A DNA stretch of 63,665 bases, filler included, from Hausera hauseri (GCA_046269625.1; 10 parts of 10 records of this genome joined end to end with filler, not necessarily neighbours in it); one strand, 5' to 3'. Counted from the first letter of the whole stretch, positions 46,020 to 60,936 are shown. Made by a program: numbers and translations. Notes: a model not told the origin generated them from the letters alone.

Positions 46020-49000
46020 GGAGTGAGTCCATTTGGCGGTTTGGTAAGGTTACCCAGCGCCTATTCAGTTTATTTGATATTCTTATTATGTTTCTTGTTA
46101 GGGTTTTTAGGAGTAGTTTCCATCTCTATATCTTCTATGATACCTATTTTTTTTTTTTAGAGAATATGAGTAATTACAAAGAATATACAGGTAAAGAATA
46201 TAAAGGTATTTTCTATCTTAGCCAAAGTAATATGGAATTTGTAAAATATCTGCGTTAGTCAAATTTTTCTTTCCATTGCTTATAGGATTTTTCTTATTTC
46301 ACTCTCCTAGGTTACACTGTCTAAGTATAAACTATATTTTAATAATGGTGATGGTCATTGGGTCACTAATACAAACATTCATTCCCGATCCTTCGTTCTG
46401 TTTATGATTATCAAGGGAATACTTATCCATAAATAATTCTACGATTTGTTTTCTTTTATCCTAGTTATTTCATCAATATTCATTTATTGTTCTTTTATCA
46501 TCCTTCCGTGCAGTAGTGTAGTAAACATCATTATTGAAAAATGATACAATAAGTACAGTCATTCTTCTAACATATGAAAAGGGAACGTCAGATAGTCAAG
46601 GGGGAGCTCAGTGACCATAATAATTAGAACAATTACACTCGCTATATCAGAATATTCAAACATAACTCTACTGTATATCTAAATATTATTATTTCCTCAA
46701 ATATTAAATGGCCAAGGATGAGTTCAGTAATAGTGCAACTACGGATTAGGTTAAAACCACTGTTTCTGGACCAAGGACTCAAGTATATGGAAAATAATTT
46801 ATTTCTCTTGCTTCACTTTAGCTCATTTCCTTTCATTATGACACATATAACGACTTTAGACGTTACCGTCGTTGGTCTTGTTCTTCTGGCCTTTTAGGGA
46901 GCGATTAGTTTTATATTCATTCAATTCTTCTTCGCAGGGATCCACTCAAGGTTATGGTTGAATGTTGGTAAGATTGTCAAAGATTCAGGGAAGTGAACGA
47001 GTAATAATCATTAGTCAAGTCACATTCGTGTGATTATACTTCGTTTACCACTATTATTCTTATTGGTGTCAGATTGGCATATACACGTACACAATTATTC
47101 CAACCCCCGCAATCCTGTAAAATTTAAACATAATAATTTGATAATCTTTACTACTCATACTACCATTGTCGTTCTATTATACTCTATACTATACAGTGAC
47201 ATAATATTATTGAAGTACAACCAAATTGTATGACCAGGACCCGTAATCGCTTTTTTCCGAAATCGAAGATGTCCTGTACGAGAGACAGAACCAGGTCTCG
47301 ATAAGGGATCTATCTCTATATAAATATTACTCCGGAATTCCATATCAGTGTCGCACTGCCGTCCATCTTGAGAGAATTACACTATTTCAAATCCATTATC
47401 ATACGACCATCTTATTCAGATTTTAATTATTAAGATGAAAATTTATACTCCGGATCAATTTTATAATATCGTAATTACCGTACTAGTAGTGGTTCGAAAT
47501 TTTTCTCACATACGATAAAACATTGTTGTACTATGTAGAGAATTATAATTTCACTTTCGATATTACTAACCCAACCTGCCAATACAAGGATGAAATCCAA
47601 GGGTTTATTTAACACATGTATATTTAGGAAATAAAACAAAAGACAATCATATATAATCAACGTATCGTTGTTCCAATAATCCTTTCTTTAGATGTTGTAA
47701 TTTAGTATTTACACAATAAATCCTCTTAACCATCGTATATAAATACACCGAGCCTACCGTGTATTATATTCGTAGAACGGTCTGTCAATTAGCCTTCTGT
47801 AAGGAGAAAACCTCTACATTATTACATCTCGTTAATAATCGCTTCATAACCGTAACTTTCAAGTAATGTTGAAATCCTATTTATAATCAATTAAAATCAT
47901 CATATTATATTTATCTATTCAACACGGCTATCAGGGACGACTAAAGTAGATCCGGGATCATTTCTATTGGCAATCAAGATAAGTACATAACTTTAAAAGA
48001 ATATGTTTTATAAACAAAAGGACATTCTTATATATGTAATTTATGTTAGAGATTATTATCACACATACACCCCGAATCATCAAGCCATATCCCTCAATCG
48101 ACATTACCCATCCTGCATACCTGTACAAACCGTGATAGAAAGGATGCCACCGATTATATCATCTCCCAATTTCGTACGGTAAATAAAACATATATGAATA
48201 GTCAATACGCTTTGTAGTATGGTCAATGCAGTAGATTAATAATTATTTGGGGTTTATTCTACAATTATTAAATTCGTTTCAGAATATAATGTAGATTTGT
48301 TCATTTCAAACCCTACCAGATCACAGCAACAACTATCGCTATCAATCAAAATCTCAGATTACCGTTCTTGTGTATTATCAGCGACAGTCGTGGTCGAATC
48401 TGACAGAGTTAATCTTATTTAGATAGGTTTCAGCCAATTCTCGGTTACTGGGCCTGTACTTCCGATTTAATACGATTTTTGACGGGACTTTTCTGTCATT
48501 CATCGGAGACTCGTTTTTATCTAAATATGATCGCTCAGTGAAGGCAATTAACTGAAATTTTGACCCACGCCTGTGAAGACAACGCATTGCCATTTACATG
48601 GATTGTTTTAATTTCATTTATCAAAATTTTATTTTCTACAAACTACACAATTCATTAATAAGCGACTATTTGCGGTTAACACTCAAACGTAATAAACAAT
48701 TACCATTTTCTGAATTATTGGTCATAGATCGTTCATTATTTCTGTTCATGTCAGACATAATTTTTGAATAGGAATAACTTTCAGCCAAGATTAAATTATT
48801 GAATTCCTTCAAGAGATTGTTTTCTACGAGAATCTAACTGTCGATTTTCTATTGTAAAAAATAAATCAAGATAATATTTGAAAATCACCTCTCCACTTAC
48901 TTTTAAATTATAGGTGATTAAGTTTCAGTCGAATATCTTCTATGTTATTTCTTATTAAATTTATTGTTGTTGTGTTTTGTTTTACGGCTAGTTTATATAC

Positions 49001-50589
49001 TAGTCGCTATGTGTTTGTTGATTTTGAATTTCCATTTTCATAATTAACTAATTTGTCAATATTCTAAATGTTATATGGCCATTTATTCAAATTCTTAATT
49101 GACTATTTATCAACAAAATTATATGGCATCAATTAGTTTATATGTGCTATTGAATTTAGTAATTAAATTTTGAAAATGCTAATTAGTATGATCTTCTGAA
49201 GTTTATTTTACATGGCCAGTTGTAGGTAGCTACAAGTAATTTCATTAACTGCAATTGTCTAATCTAATTATTTGTCACATTTGTGGTTAATAACCGTAAT
49301 TGTCTAATCACTATCGCGTGCCAACCGCAAACAATGCCGCCGCAACTGGCTAACAACAGTAGTACAATGGCAGAACATAAAAATACCCAAATCAGGGGTT
49401 TCACAATGAGTACAAGAGAGATGGAAGGATTAATGTTTATTTGCAAANNNNNNNNNNNNNNNNNNNNNNNNNNNNNNNNNNNNNNNNNNNNTTAATTAAT
49501 TAANNNNNNNNNNNNNNNNNNNNNNNNNNNNNNNNNNNNNNNNNNNNTAATTCCATCTAGGTGTTATTATTACTAATCATTGAAATCTGTAAATACAGTA
49601 TAATTTCCTGACAATATTATTTTACAACAAATCACACACACACACACATTAATTTTCCATAGGATGCATGCCCATTGACAATTGTTATTTGTTTGTGACT
49701 TTGATTGTTAATATATATATATAGATTATCAATTAAAACTAAATAGAATTTAATTAAAAAAACAATTATTATTTTAACAACAGGACCATTCTACTTCAAG
49801 TGGACAATATCGATAAAATGTTATAAGATTTTATTCATACCTTTTTATTAACTCAATAAGATGGTATCATATACATATAATATGAATTGCTATCACAAGT
49901 ATCGACAAGAATTTTTTTATGATCATTTTACACGTTAGCGACATAAGACTTTCTGTATACTGACAGAATGATAAAAAATCATAATCATCTATATTGATCC
50001 GATTTCAAGAAATACGTTTAATCAACAATGAAAATAGGAAATTGTCAGAAATATTTATTGGAATCTGTGTCAATACAAATTTCGCTTCATTTTGGATGTA
50101 TATAGTTAAAATATAGTATGCACACATACGCGGCAAATACATCACTAAAATATCAACACCACATTCAATTGGTGGAAAAAAAATTTTTTTTCACAAAATG
50201 TCTAATAAAATATCCATGGAAATGACATTTATTATTCCAATATAAATACTTGTGCTTCTTTCTCATACGATTATACAATGTCTCACTTGACGACACAACT
50301 CATTAGTTTATACCACTCATTCGACGGTCTTCGGAAACACCTGTACAATCTCGATCGGCCTTTGGACAATGCTCAGCATTTGCCTCCTGAAGAGCTACTC
50401 CTAATTGCTGAGCGGAATTGGAGGGCATGAGAACCCTACTTACGCCATATGAAGCCGGTTGCTGGTGATATGGAATTTTTATACGGTAAGATTTTGCACA
50501 TATGGAAAAATGGCTGATTGCTATGCGTTGGACGATAATCCTCGTCAAGTACAATTTAAGACCGCTTTTGTCAAACGTGGTGGTGGTGG

Positions 50590-51077
50590 TAGTCAGACGG
50601 ATTAGATTCCAACGTGGCAGTCAGCAGATGAAATTTGCTTGAAGCAATATTGCAATATGATTAATTCCGATGGTCTCGATCATTCTTCTGCTTCGGAATT
50701 GGCTAATCCCTGTGGTTTGTGTAATCCGGTTTAGTAGCAGTAGTAATAATTTACAATACAACTGTACAATTACTTAGAACGATCATTATAGAGAGGTATG
50801 TGGGAAAAGTGTTGTCCAAAAACTAGGTCAAACAAAAAATATTTGTTATAGTCAGATAGGTGGGGAATGGAAACGTCGTTCCGAAACCCAACGCAAGCGA
50901 TGTGCCGTGTTTGAAGAAATCGAACGAATTATTGAAAAAGAGCTGGTAGTTTAATTTGATAAGGGGGTTTGTTGTCAACGGTATCTACAGACTCATACTA
51001 TCGGTTTATCAGAAGATGAATTAACCGCCATAAAACGCAATCTGCAATTGAAAAAGATAGATGTTGATACGGAATTT
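50590..51077 (+). pseudogene. Possible OPA1-like (dynamin GTPase C-terminal) fragment
   Basis: GLSEDELTAIKRNLQLKKIDVDTEF resembles OPA1 [21 protein letters not shown]. Upstream fragments are frameshifted. Confidence 0.35.
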
Positions 51078-53873
51078 GTAAGTTTCATTTTCAACACAAA
51101 CGCGCTTGATGATCCAAAACTTCGTACTCTCACCCTTTGAAAAATGTACAAAATTCAAATCACTCTTCTGTACTCTCTTTTATTCCCAAATCTTCCTTGA
51201 GAATCCAAAATAGTCAATGGCTTTCCCGATTCTCAATATTGCAGTCAGAGTCCAAATACAAAATTGAAAATGAATGTTTGTATTTTAAAATTGTACTCCA
51301 TTGAAATGTTACCACTCCTATTCGATTTTGAAGCCAAAACAATGCAGTTAAAATCCATGACAACAAGATCATGATATATTATTTAAACAAACGAATATCC
51401 GATTTTTGTTGATCACCTTGTATGACGTCATTTTGCAAATTTTACTTTCAATTTTCTACAAAACTTATAAATATCCGTCTTAGTATTCGTTCATATAAAG
51501 TTAATATTTATATAGAAATAAGAAATATTAGTGATGTAACTGATAATTAGACGAATACATTGATAACTGTGCAGCGAAATCCATATTTACGCAATGCGTG
51601 GCTATTAAATTCCATGGATGACAAACCAAAGGTTTTGACTGTGGAGCATCATGGACATTTGAGTCTTGAGAAAAACCCATCAATTGCGACATTAATTCAT
51701 CCAATCCTGGAAAAGAGTCTGCATATTATGTGTCAATAACGCTCATGTGGAGCATAATGAATATTAACCTAATTGCGGAAGTGTTATCAATGTGGATAAC
51801 TGAGTCAAATGTAGACGAATTTCGGCAGGGTTCGTTAGTCTTAATAAGAGCCTTAAAATATGTTTTTACAAATAAGCATGATCGTTTTGTTTTCCTTCAT
51901 GAATTTCACAATTCTATGTTGATATATATATGCAAATTTTGATTTTTTTACCATATTTTTGTTCCGGTTCCACTTTTAATAATGCTTTTCCAAAGCTTTT
52001 AGTTTCTTAACACGCTCGATTTCTGAGATTTTTAAATCAATTTCTGATGAGATATTTCACGATGGTTATTTTGTGATCAACATGAAATTTCAATTTTCAT
52101 TGGCAGTCAAATTGGACTGAATGTAGAAATATCTCCTACATTTTCATTCATATTGTTCAGCATCAAACATGTTTCTGAATGCAAAAATTCGGTGACTGCA
52201 TGTAAGTGTACGTTTCTATAATAAGGTATCTTTATAAATGCCCTTAAGATGATTTTAGATTGTTATGTGTGTATTTTATACATTGTGTAGCCTATATAGA
52301 TCTCAGTTAAAAGTTATTTACAACATATCACTTATAATATATGTAAATATTGATTTAATTGATTAATCATTACACTTATTGTAAATTATTGTACTATTGT
52401 GTCTTTTAACCATTTATAGTTCATCATTTACGTGTTATGCACATGTTATTTATTCATTTCATGCATTCAGATAAGTGCATATTAAAACAAGGGGAGACAA
52501 TATAAATATATCAATATATCTGATATTAACAAACAAACTCATATTTCCATAATGTCGCTCATTTTATCCATAACTAATAACAAAGTATTATTAACTAAAG
52601 TTCATCGCAGTGCTACCATTTCACAACGTACTAAAACTATAATTCCATTCACAATTTCCCCCAATAGAATTTAAAACAAAAGTAAAGAACCTAATCGTTT
52701 CTGTACAATTTTTCCTCTTAACAATCGACTCATTTACTGTAGCTCCCACCCCAGTGATCATATTTCTGAGTTTGTCGTACAAGGCACAAGAAGAAGAAAA
52801 TAACAAAAAACGCCTTGTGACTTACCACGTTACAGTAAATTGATACTTTTCACCGTGAATATTTCTATCGACACAATGTATCTCGTTTACAAGGCTCATT
52901 AAACATTATGCTCCTTATTCTTCACATTAATTAACCATCATGATAGGCGATATTTTCGCACGGATATTCTCATCATACAATACTCAGTCATTGGATCATA
53001 GAGGGATCAGTTACTTTCCGCGTTTGTGTTCATGCAGCAACAAAAAGCAGGTGTTCTGATAATAAGTATAAATAAAATTTTCTCGTACTATTTTTATGCA
53101 AGGAATATTTTAAAATAATTTTCTTTGTTTCTAGATCTTCAAATGTTGATGATATTATTAGAGCCCGACAGTTAAGTTGGGTAATCCGGTGTTGTATATA
53201 TATAGTAGGGAATTGCGGTTCTGGAACACCCCTACCCTCTACCCAATACTTCTGGTCATGTGACAGATTGCGTAACTTCCGGTCGAATTTTGCATATTTC
53301 CGGTATGTTTTGCTCAATTTTGAGCCAAAGGCACGCGGTATTACGCACTTTGAGTGGTAAAAATTGCACAGTCCATGATGTGCTCAAGTGACAATTTTTA
53401 AAAATTGCAAAAATCATGTCAGGGACTAAGAAATTGACCTTAAAGAAAAAATGGTTTTTCTGGAATTGCGTCGGAACCTAGGCGTGTCAACGCGGTTCTA
53501 ACGGTATGTGGCATGTTTGGATAATCATAGAGACGGGCCGACAAAAGAGTATAACGATTTTGGCACAGTTTCGGTTTTTCAGTTAAATTTTCCGCATGTG
53601 TGATATCTCAGCTCTCAAGAGTCCGATGGAATTGGCTGAGATGTCATTCAATTAGTATCATTAACGGTTAAACTCTGTTAGGGGTACTCAGATACCCCAG
53701 GCAATGTAAACTTTAACACTGTTTTTAAGTGTGATGTGCATAAGATCTGGAACTTTGTGCTTACATATTTATTNNNNNNNNNNNNNNNNNNNNNNNNNNN
53801 NNNNNNNNNNNNNNNNNTTAATTAATTAANNNNNNNNNNNNNNNNNNNNNNNNNNNNNNNNNNNNNNNNNNNN

Positions 53874-56800
53874 CTGTGCAGCGATCAATATGTGAAAAGT
53901 GCAAAAGTGCCCTTAGCAACGGTGCCTAGCGGCACCGTTGCTAGGCACTTCATGGATCGATAGTGCACAGTATGCACTATCAATCGGCACATGTGCAAAA
54001 TCGCTTTATCGATCCCCCCCGGGGGTCGGACCGAATCACATTTTCTCACTACTATAGCCACCAACGAGTTGTATATGGTTTTGTATTATCAATAAATTTA
54101 TTTAACATTAATCTTTAGTTTGGTATTAGATCACATTTCGTCAGAAAAATTGCAGGAGTACCTTAATATTGGCTCAGAATGTGATTTAGTATTAGCAATA
54201 ATTTTATTTAAAAATAATCTTCAGTCTGATATTAAATCACGTTTCTTGAGAAAATTTGCAGGGGTACCTTAAAATTAACTCAGAATGTTTGCAGGAAATC
54301 GCGTTGCTTATGAACCTGAGATGACGTTATGTATGCCCAAATTAATAATATTTCCTCAAGGATTGATCTATAACAGTATAAGACAAATCAACACATCCTC
54401 TTGTGTACATTGCAAAGACGGGAATCAAGTGCAGCCAATTCAAAGTAATATTTACTAGTAGATAGGTAAGAGAAGTCGTACCGATCACCCAAACTGCGCT
54501 ATTGCAATCAGAAATGTAACTAATGAAAGGGGCTATTGCAGATGAATACGGGCATACTGTCAAGTCGAAATGAAGGGATCAGTATTATAAATTACAGACT
54601 GGTACGACTGGACATAGATAATTAGTTGAATATATGAGTTGAAATCTCGATGGTGCAAAAAATGGAATTCCTAGTAGTTAATTCATCGTACAATTTATAC
54701 GACCGCTTGATTATCGGTTTTGACTTGCGGGCTAAAATCCAAATGATAATGGGATATAAGGACCGCAGTTTGTAGATAAAAAATAGTAGAGTGAATTATG
54801 ATGATCGTCAAGAATGTTGAGCCTCTCTACTTTCAGTATCATATGCAGGAGTTAACCACTCCAACGCGATATTTTTTCTTGAGGACACTGGAATACAGGG
54901 TACAGGAAGTATACATTAGATACAATTACCAAAGAGGCAAAGCACCACATATAACTTTTAAAATTTTACAAACGAATAATCCATCGACGTGTGAGTCCTG
55001 ATTACCTAGATATGAGAATCAACTCGTACCTGCAATGTAAAAGACTCCTTGTATACGAACCGACTTATCTGTGCTTTACTTAAATCCACAAGGTAAATAT
55101 TTATAAACAACCTTCATACTAACCAAAGCCATAAACCAATCCGCAAAGGTCTAATGACCACCAAGGCCACAAATCATTCTGCAGGGGTATGATGGCCAGA
55201 CCATCTGATTATTAGAATTCAAATATAAAGGTGCAGGTCGCTGCAGCTGCCGAACCGTCGTCGAACTCATAAACCTCAGGCCATATATTATACAAGTTTG
55301 TATGTTGGAGGTATAATCCTGGTTGAGATTGAAGGGTGAGCAAAAAATGATACCCCTCTTGTCAAAAAAGGTGATCAACATTGTTTTGGTTTTTGATTTG
55401 GAAACGCAAACTCAGATTGGCGGGTCCTTTTCCGGACTTGGACACTCAGCACCTTGGCGTTTTGTCTCCAAATAATATTCGAAACACCACTACGCATTTC
55501 TGGTGGAAATGTTTCGCAAAAAATTTGGACCTTCATCGGACATGGCAATCACATCTTTTGAGGAGGAAATTCTGTGTTCTTTTTGCTCGGGAGTAACAGA
55601 GTGCGGCATAAAGCGTTCAAAGAGCTTCCTTTTTTCAAATCTTCCATCATGATCGTAAAAACTGATTCCAAACTGAAATTTAACGACTCGGCAATCATTC
55701 CTATCGTCATTCGGCGGTATGACATTACCAATGCTTGCACACGGTCAACATTCTCCTGATTTCGACTAGAACCCTGACGACCCCATCTCTCATCATTTTC
55801 AGTCGATTTTCTTCCAGCTTTAATCCTCGAAAACCACTCAAACAGTCACGAACGACTCATAGTATCATTACCATATGCAGATTTAATCATTTCGTACGTC
55901 TTTGTAGCCGATTTGCCTAATTTAAAACAAAATTTAATGTTCATTCTTTGCTCCCTTTTTTCCGATGACAAGAACACAAATGAACGCAGACAAGTTTAAA
56001 CTTGTCAGAAATGACTGAAACTTTGTATACGCATTGCTAAAGGTTGTTTCTACGTGATACCGTTTGTCGAACAGAGCTATCACCATTGTACCGCTTTACG
56101 AGCGGCAGTTCTGGCACTTTTTGAACACACTGTATATTCTATTGTGCACGATTTCTGAACAAGACTACGGATCTCAATTCTCGCATTCCCAATATGACCC
56201 AAGAAAACATAACAGATAATATTGGTAAAAAAAATGTTAATTAATACTAATTTAAAAAGCTAAAAAATTGTAAAATTCTATATTTGAATAAATGCATATG
56301 ACAGGAATTGATGATTACTCAATTTGTTTCAATAATAAATAATCGTTCGTTAACTATTGGAACTTATAAATATTTGTAATAGAATTATCATTTATTGATT
56401 TTTTCGTTTTAATAAAAAATATCGTAAATTGTTAAAATTTTATAAATAAAACCGATATTCATTTAAGTTCATTAAAGTCGTTCCTAAACCGATTGAATTT
56501 TGTAGATATTTTCAATATGAATTATTATTCATTGGATATGTTGTTTCGATAAAACTGATTGTGAATTATTAAATTTTCATAAAATCTACATTCGTTTGAT
56601 TTAATAAAAGTTTTTCATATATGAATGAAATTTTTTAAATGTTTGCAAAAGATTTATCGTTATTATTTTAATAGTTTTCTATAGTAGGGAGAAAGTGGGG
56701 CGTCTCTGCAAGGTTAACTTGTGGCATGGTGACCTCCGAAGTGCAACAAACAAAATAGACTGAATAGGGGATATTGCATATGTAATGCAACCCTTTACTC

Positions 56801-57020
56801 TTCTAGTGAACTAATCTATCGAAAGTTGTGAGAAAATGGGGAGTCAGTCTCACTCCCTCCCACCGAGGGGGGCGGGGATAATCAATAAATCTATTTTACT
56901 CATGTGCCAATCAATAGTGCACATGGTGCAATATCGATTTGTAGTGTGTTAGGTAACCGTGCCGTTAAGCACCGTTGCTAAGCACATTTTTGCACATTTC
57001 ATAAATCGATCGCTGCATAG
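53874..57020. repeat. Long imperfect inverted repeats (53874-~54025 and ~56868-57020) bracketing about 2.8 kb
   Basis: ctgtgcagcgatc...cttagcaacggtgc is the reverse complement of gcaccgttgctaag...gatcgctgcatag. Confidence 0.6.
55335..56134 (-). mobile_element. Mariner-type element remnant with one TIR
   Basis: EQRMNIKFCFKLGKSATKTYEMIKSAYG...RRMTIGMIAESL...KTMLITFFDKRGII. The minus strand starts with TIR-like TACAGTGTGTTCAAAAAG. Confidence 0.8.
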
Positions 57021-57640
57021 TGCACAGTACAGGTGCGCTGCACATATGCAAGCGTGCAAAAATCAATAATATCGGATTTCCGATATTTCCAATATTGATG
57101 GTTGGCACCCGGCACCGGGTGCAATCGAGTACAAAATCGATTCTCTATTTGAATGAGCAATTAGAATTTAAATCGATCAATTGGTTTTCGAATAAATGGC
57201 AACTGAGACCGACTCTCCACAGGCCTTTGCGACAAAATAAAAATCGATAAAATCTTCATGTCACATGTACTAGTCGGTAGTGCATCCGGTGCACTACCGA
57301 TCGGAAAATGCTCATTGCGGAGGGGCCATTAGGCACTGTTGCCATAAAACTTTTGCACTTTTCACACTTCTGTAGCTGTACGTCCTAGGATTGATGGAAT
57401 TGATCGGGACCAAGTGCTAATGGATAGAGCATGTCGAGATTTATCTTTATATGCACTGTGCAGATGCACAGCACATGTGCAAGTGTGCAAAAATCAATAA
57501 TATCGGATTTCCGATATTTCCAATATTGATGATTAGGACATGTAACCAGGTGCATTCAAACACTAACATGGTGTAGTATATGAATGTGCAGTTAGATTTT
57601 AAATTTATCGATTAGTTTGCGAGTAATATCGATCTGCGAC
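57020..57640. repeat. Diverged direct repeats with internal palindromes (57040-57200 vs 57470-57630)
   Basis: gtgcaaaaatcaataatatcggatttccgatatttccaatattgatg is present twice. Many GTGCAC palindromes. Confidence 0.75.
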
Positions 57641-58509
57641 AGACGTCCCATAGGTTTCTTAGGTCCTAAGGAGTCAAAATTCGATATTATAATTAGCGGG
57701 GACAGATAAGAAATCGAATATGGTGATCACGAATCTCGAGTCAGATATTCGGAATTCGAAAATTTTTGACCAGAATATTGAATGTCGAACTTTTCGAAAA
57801 ATCTGACAACGGCAGTCGATTTTCCCATGTTCGAATACCCCCTCATACGTAAAAATTATTCCATGAAAATGTACTATAGAAATACAAAATCAATATTTCG
57901 AATTAAGCAAAATGTGCATTTAAAGCCCAGTGAAGTGGAAATCGATAAATCTATAAGCGGGCCGGGATAGGAAGTCATGTATGCTGAACTGGAATGTGGC
58001 ATCAGATATTAGAATTCAAGCTTACAAGTCAAATAAATAGCGATTCGAACTCGAATATTCGGTCAAGCATGCATTATTCGAAGAATCTACTGACGCCATT
58101 CAAATCCCCATTGGCGAAAACCTGCAGGACAATCAATACTGGTGCGATGCAGTACACCACTGTATATTAAAATACGGTTTTTCCAATATGGTAAAGTACA
58201 TAAAAATACTAATTAAAGGGTGCTTATTTTGATTGCACAATTGACGGTGAATTTGAAGGTGACGCACACTAAAATCGATAAATCTTTAAGCACATATAGA
58301 TAGGAAAGCATATATGTAGAATCCGAATATGATGTTAGATATTTGAATACATTATTCGAAATTGATAAATTAGCTATTCTTACTCGAAAAATCGATCGAG
58401 TGTACATTATTCGAAAAATCAGATGACGGCATTCGACTTCACATATGCGAAAACTTTTAAGGAAATCAAAATTAGCGCCGTTCAGTGCATCACTGTGTAT
58501 TGAATCATA

Positions 58510-59552
58510 GGACATATATTACCTATAATTAACCTAAATTAGCAATATTACCAGAATATTACAAATATAGTACCTGAAGATTACCCATATATGCTGCCTG
58601 CATTTCATACCCAATACATTCTATAATTCCTATATCACATACATACTCCCCGCATATTACCTGAATATTACTCATGTTAGCTAAATATTACTTGTATTTT
58701 ACACACATGCACACATGCACACACAGACATATATCTGTGCTACACCTTTTCTCAGGTTACCTACATTTTAGAGGCACAGACATGCACATGCACAAGCATA
58801 CAGACATATGTCTGAGCTATACCTTTTCCCAGGTTACTTACATGCACAGCTATACATTTTCCTAAGTTATTTACATTTTACATGAGTTATAGCTCAGGTA
58901 CACACATACACAGAGACAAACACATGCACACATACATTTATCTAAGCTATACATTTCCCTTATTGCATTTTACGCATACAGACAAACACACAGCACATAT
59001 AATCCCTAATTATCCTGATATATTCCCTGTCTATTCCTCATATATTTCTTCAGTATTCATTATTATCATCATATATACCATCTCTTAATTCCTTATTATC
59101 ATGACATATTCCGTATTGATTCCTTATCATCCTTGTATATTCTTTCCTTAATCCCTATACTCCTTATATATTCTCTTCTTATAATTCTCCATAATACTGA
59201 TATATTCCTTCATGATTCCTTATTATCCTGATATATTCCTTCCTTCTTCCATCCTCATATATTGCCCATATATTCTGCCTATATTACTTATTATCCACAA
59301 TATCCTACAATATTCTTTCTTCAGTCCATATAATCCTTCATAATCCTGCTATATTCCCTTCGTATTCCCTATGATCCTTATATATTCCCGTCCTATTCCC
59401 TATAATCCTCATATATTCACTATAATCCCAACATATTCCTTCTATTTCCTATAATCCTCACATATTCCCCATACTGCTCATATATTTTCATTCATATTCC
59501 CCCATAATCTTGCTATGTTCCCTTTTGTTTCCTATTATCCTGCTATATTCCC
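58510..59552. repeat. Low-complexity, G-poor degenerate minisatellite (CACATG and TATATTCC/TAATCCT units)
   Basis: Strong strand bias and recurring short units. Confidence 0.75.
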
Positions 59553-60012
59553 NNNNNNNNNNNNNNNNNNNNNNNNNNNNNNNNNNNNNNNNNNNNTTAA
59601 TTAATTAANNNNNNNNNNNNNNNNNNNNNNNNNNNNNNNNNNNNNNNNNNNNGGTTCATTCAAATTGAACAAATCTGATTGGTCGGCACAAGACAGTGCG
59701 CGTTGACATGGTTATATTTTTCATTATTTAAAAAATCTTTTCGGAGAATGGTTAGGTTTTTCTGCTCCTCTCCTGTCTTTATTTATTTCTAGAATTGTAA
59801 CATTGAAAATACTGATGTGTTACTTAGTCGAGCGATAGATGAGGTGCTGAGCTTTCCAAAATGTAAGAGTAAAAACGAATATCTGATCGATTGTATGAGA
59901 AAGCTGAGATAGCAATTGGATATTACATATACTTATGGAGATAATGAGATCAAAATGTTAGGTTTGAAGCCCATGATATCACGCCAATTGTTCAAAAGCC
60001 AACAGTTGAAGA

Positions 60013-60936
60013 TTGCTGTTTTGTGAATATCTGACTAATATAAAGTCAGAAATAAAAATGCCTCAGATATTCAGGTGTGGGTTCTACGAAACACTTAATC
60101 AAACAACGGCGATGACGAGTACATTTCGACCTCTTTTTATTTACCTTCATTCAAATGAATCAAAAGATTCTGAGGTATTCTTTACCAATGTTTTCAGTGA
60201 AATAATTTGTGACTACTTAACAAATGAGAATTGGCCTTTGTTGCCTCTCGATGTTAGCGATGTAAGCCACCTTAATGAATTGAAAACGATTTTAAGAAGG
60301 TTGGTAGTAAATACAAATAATGTTTATCAAATCAAACCACCAATGATAATGGTCCTTTCTAAACAAGGATTGGATACTCATATAATTTCAAAGCTCAGTG
60401 ATCCAAATTTGATGAATTTAGTTGATGGAGTATTCCAAGCAGGAAAACTAGCAAAAAGGTATATCATACTGCATGAACAGATCAGAATAAGTAAAAAAAC
60501 ACAAATTGAAATTGAAAATAAGGCAAAAGAACGAAAATTGGAAAAATTCAAAAAAGAAGAAGCTTTGAAGAAAAAGACAAAAGAAGGAAAAGATCGAATT
60601 GAAAAGGAAGAAAAAGAAAAGTCATTAAAACAATCATTGAAAGAAACGAAAATGGAATTTGCATTGTCACAAGTAAAAGAAATTCCGTCGTGTCAATCAA
60701 ATTATACATTGGCATTTAAATTTCCAGATGGTCAGACAATTGTTTGGCAATTTTTAGAAACGGCAAAAATCATCGATGTGATTTACTTTGTGGAATCAAA
60801 AGGATTTCTATCGGATGAATCAAAGATATTGTTTTCATATTCCATGCAAGATTTATATGAATCGGAAAACATTACAAATGATTTAAAAAGCACCGGAATC
60901 TCTAAAAGAGAAAGAGTTACTGTGCAAATAAAATAA
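60013..60936 (+). CDS. UAS-coiled coil-UBX protein (FAF1/FAF2-like); 5' exons unresolved
   Basis: RPLFIYLHS...FFTNVF (UAS), E/K coiled coil, LAFKFPDG...F...VIYFVESKGF...LKSTGI (UBX). Confidence 0.75.
   Translation: MLFCEYLTNIKSEIKMPQIFRCGFYETLNQTTAMTSTFRPLFIYLHSNESKDSEVFFTNVFSEIICDYLTNENWPLLPLDVSDVSHLNELKTILRRLVVNTNNVYQIKPPMIMVLSKQGLDTHIISKLSDPNLMNLVDGVFQAGKLAKRYIILHEQIRISKKTQIEIENKAKERKLEKFKKEEALKKKTKEGKDRIEKEEKEKSLKQSLKETKMEFALSQVKEIPSCQSNYTLAFKFPDGQTIVWQFLETAKIIDVIYFVESKGFLSDESKILFSYSMQDLYESENITNDLKSTGISKRERVTVQIK

Larger units (their letters stand above)
16766..59652. other. Nine artificial 100-nt linkers (N-TTAATTAATTAA-N) starting at 16766, 25584, 29684, 34490, 38622, 44225, 49448, 53774 and 59553
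   Basis: Identical six-frame-stop spacer embedded in Ns. Confidence 0.97.

Noticed and set aside
50290-50560. LINE 3' end fragment (VFPKTV resembling FFPRTV)
   Set aside because: Only one short degenerate motif; not enough to call.
57020-58460. CRISPR-like array
   Set aside because: Eukaryotic context, no regular repeat-spacer periodicity and no cas genes.
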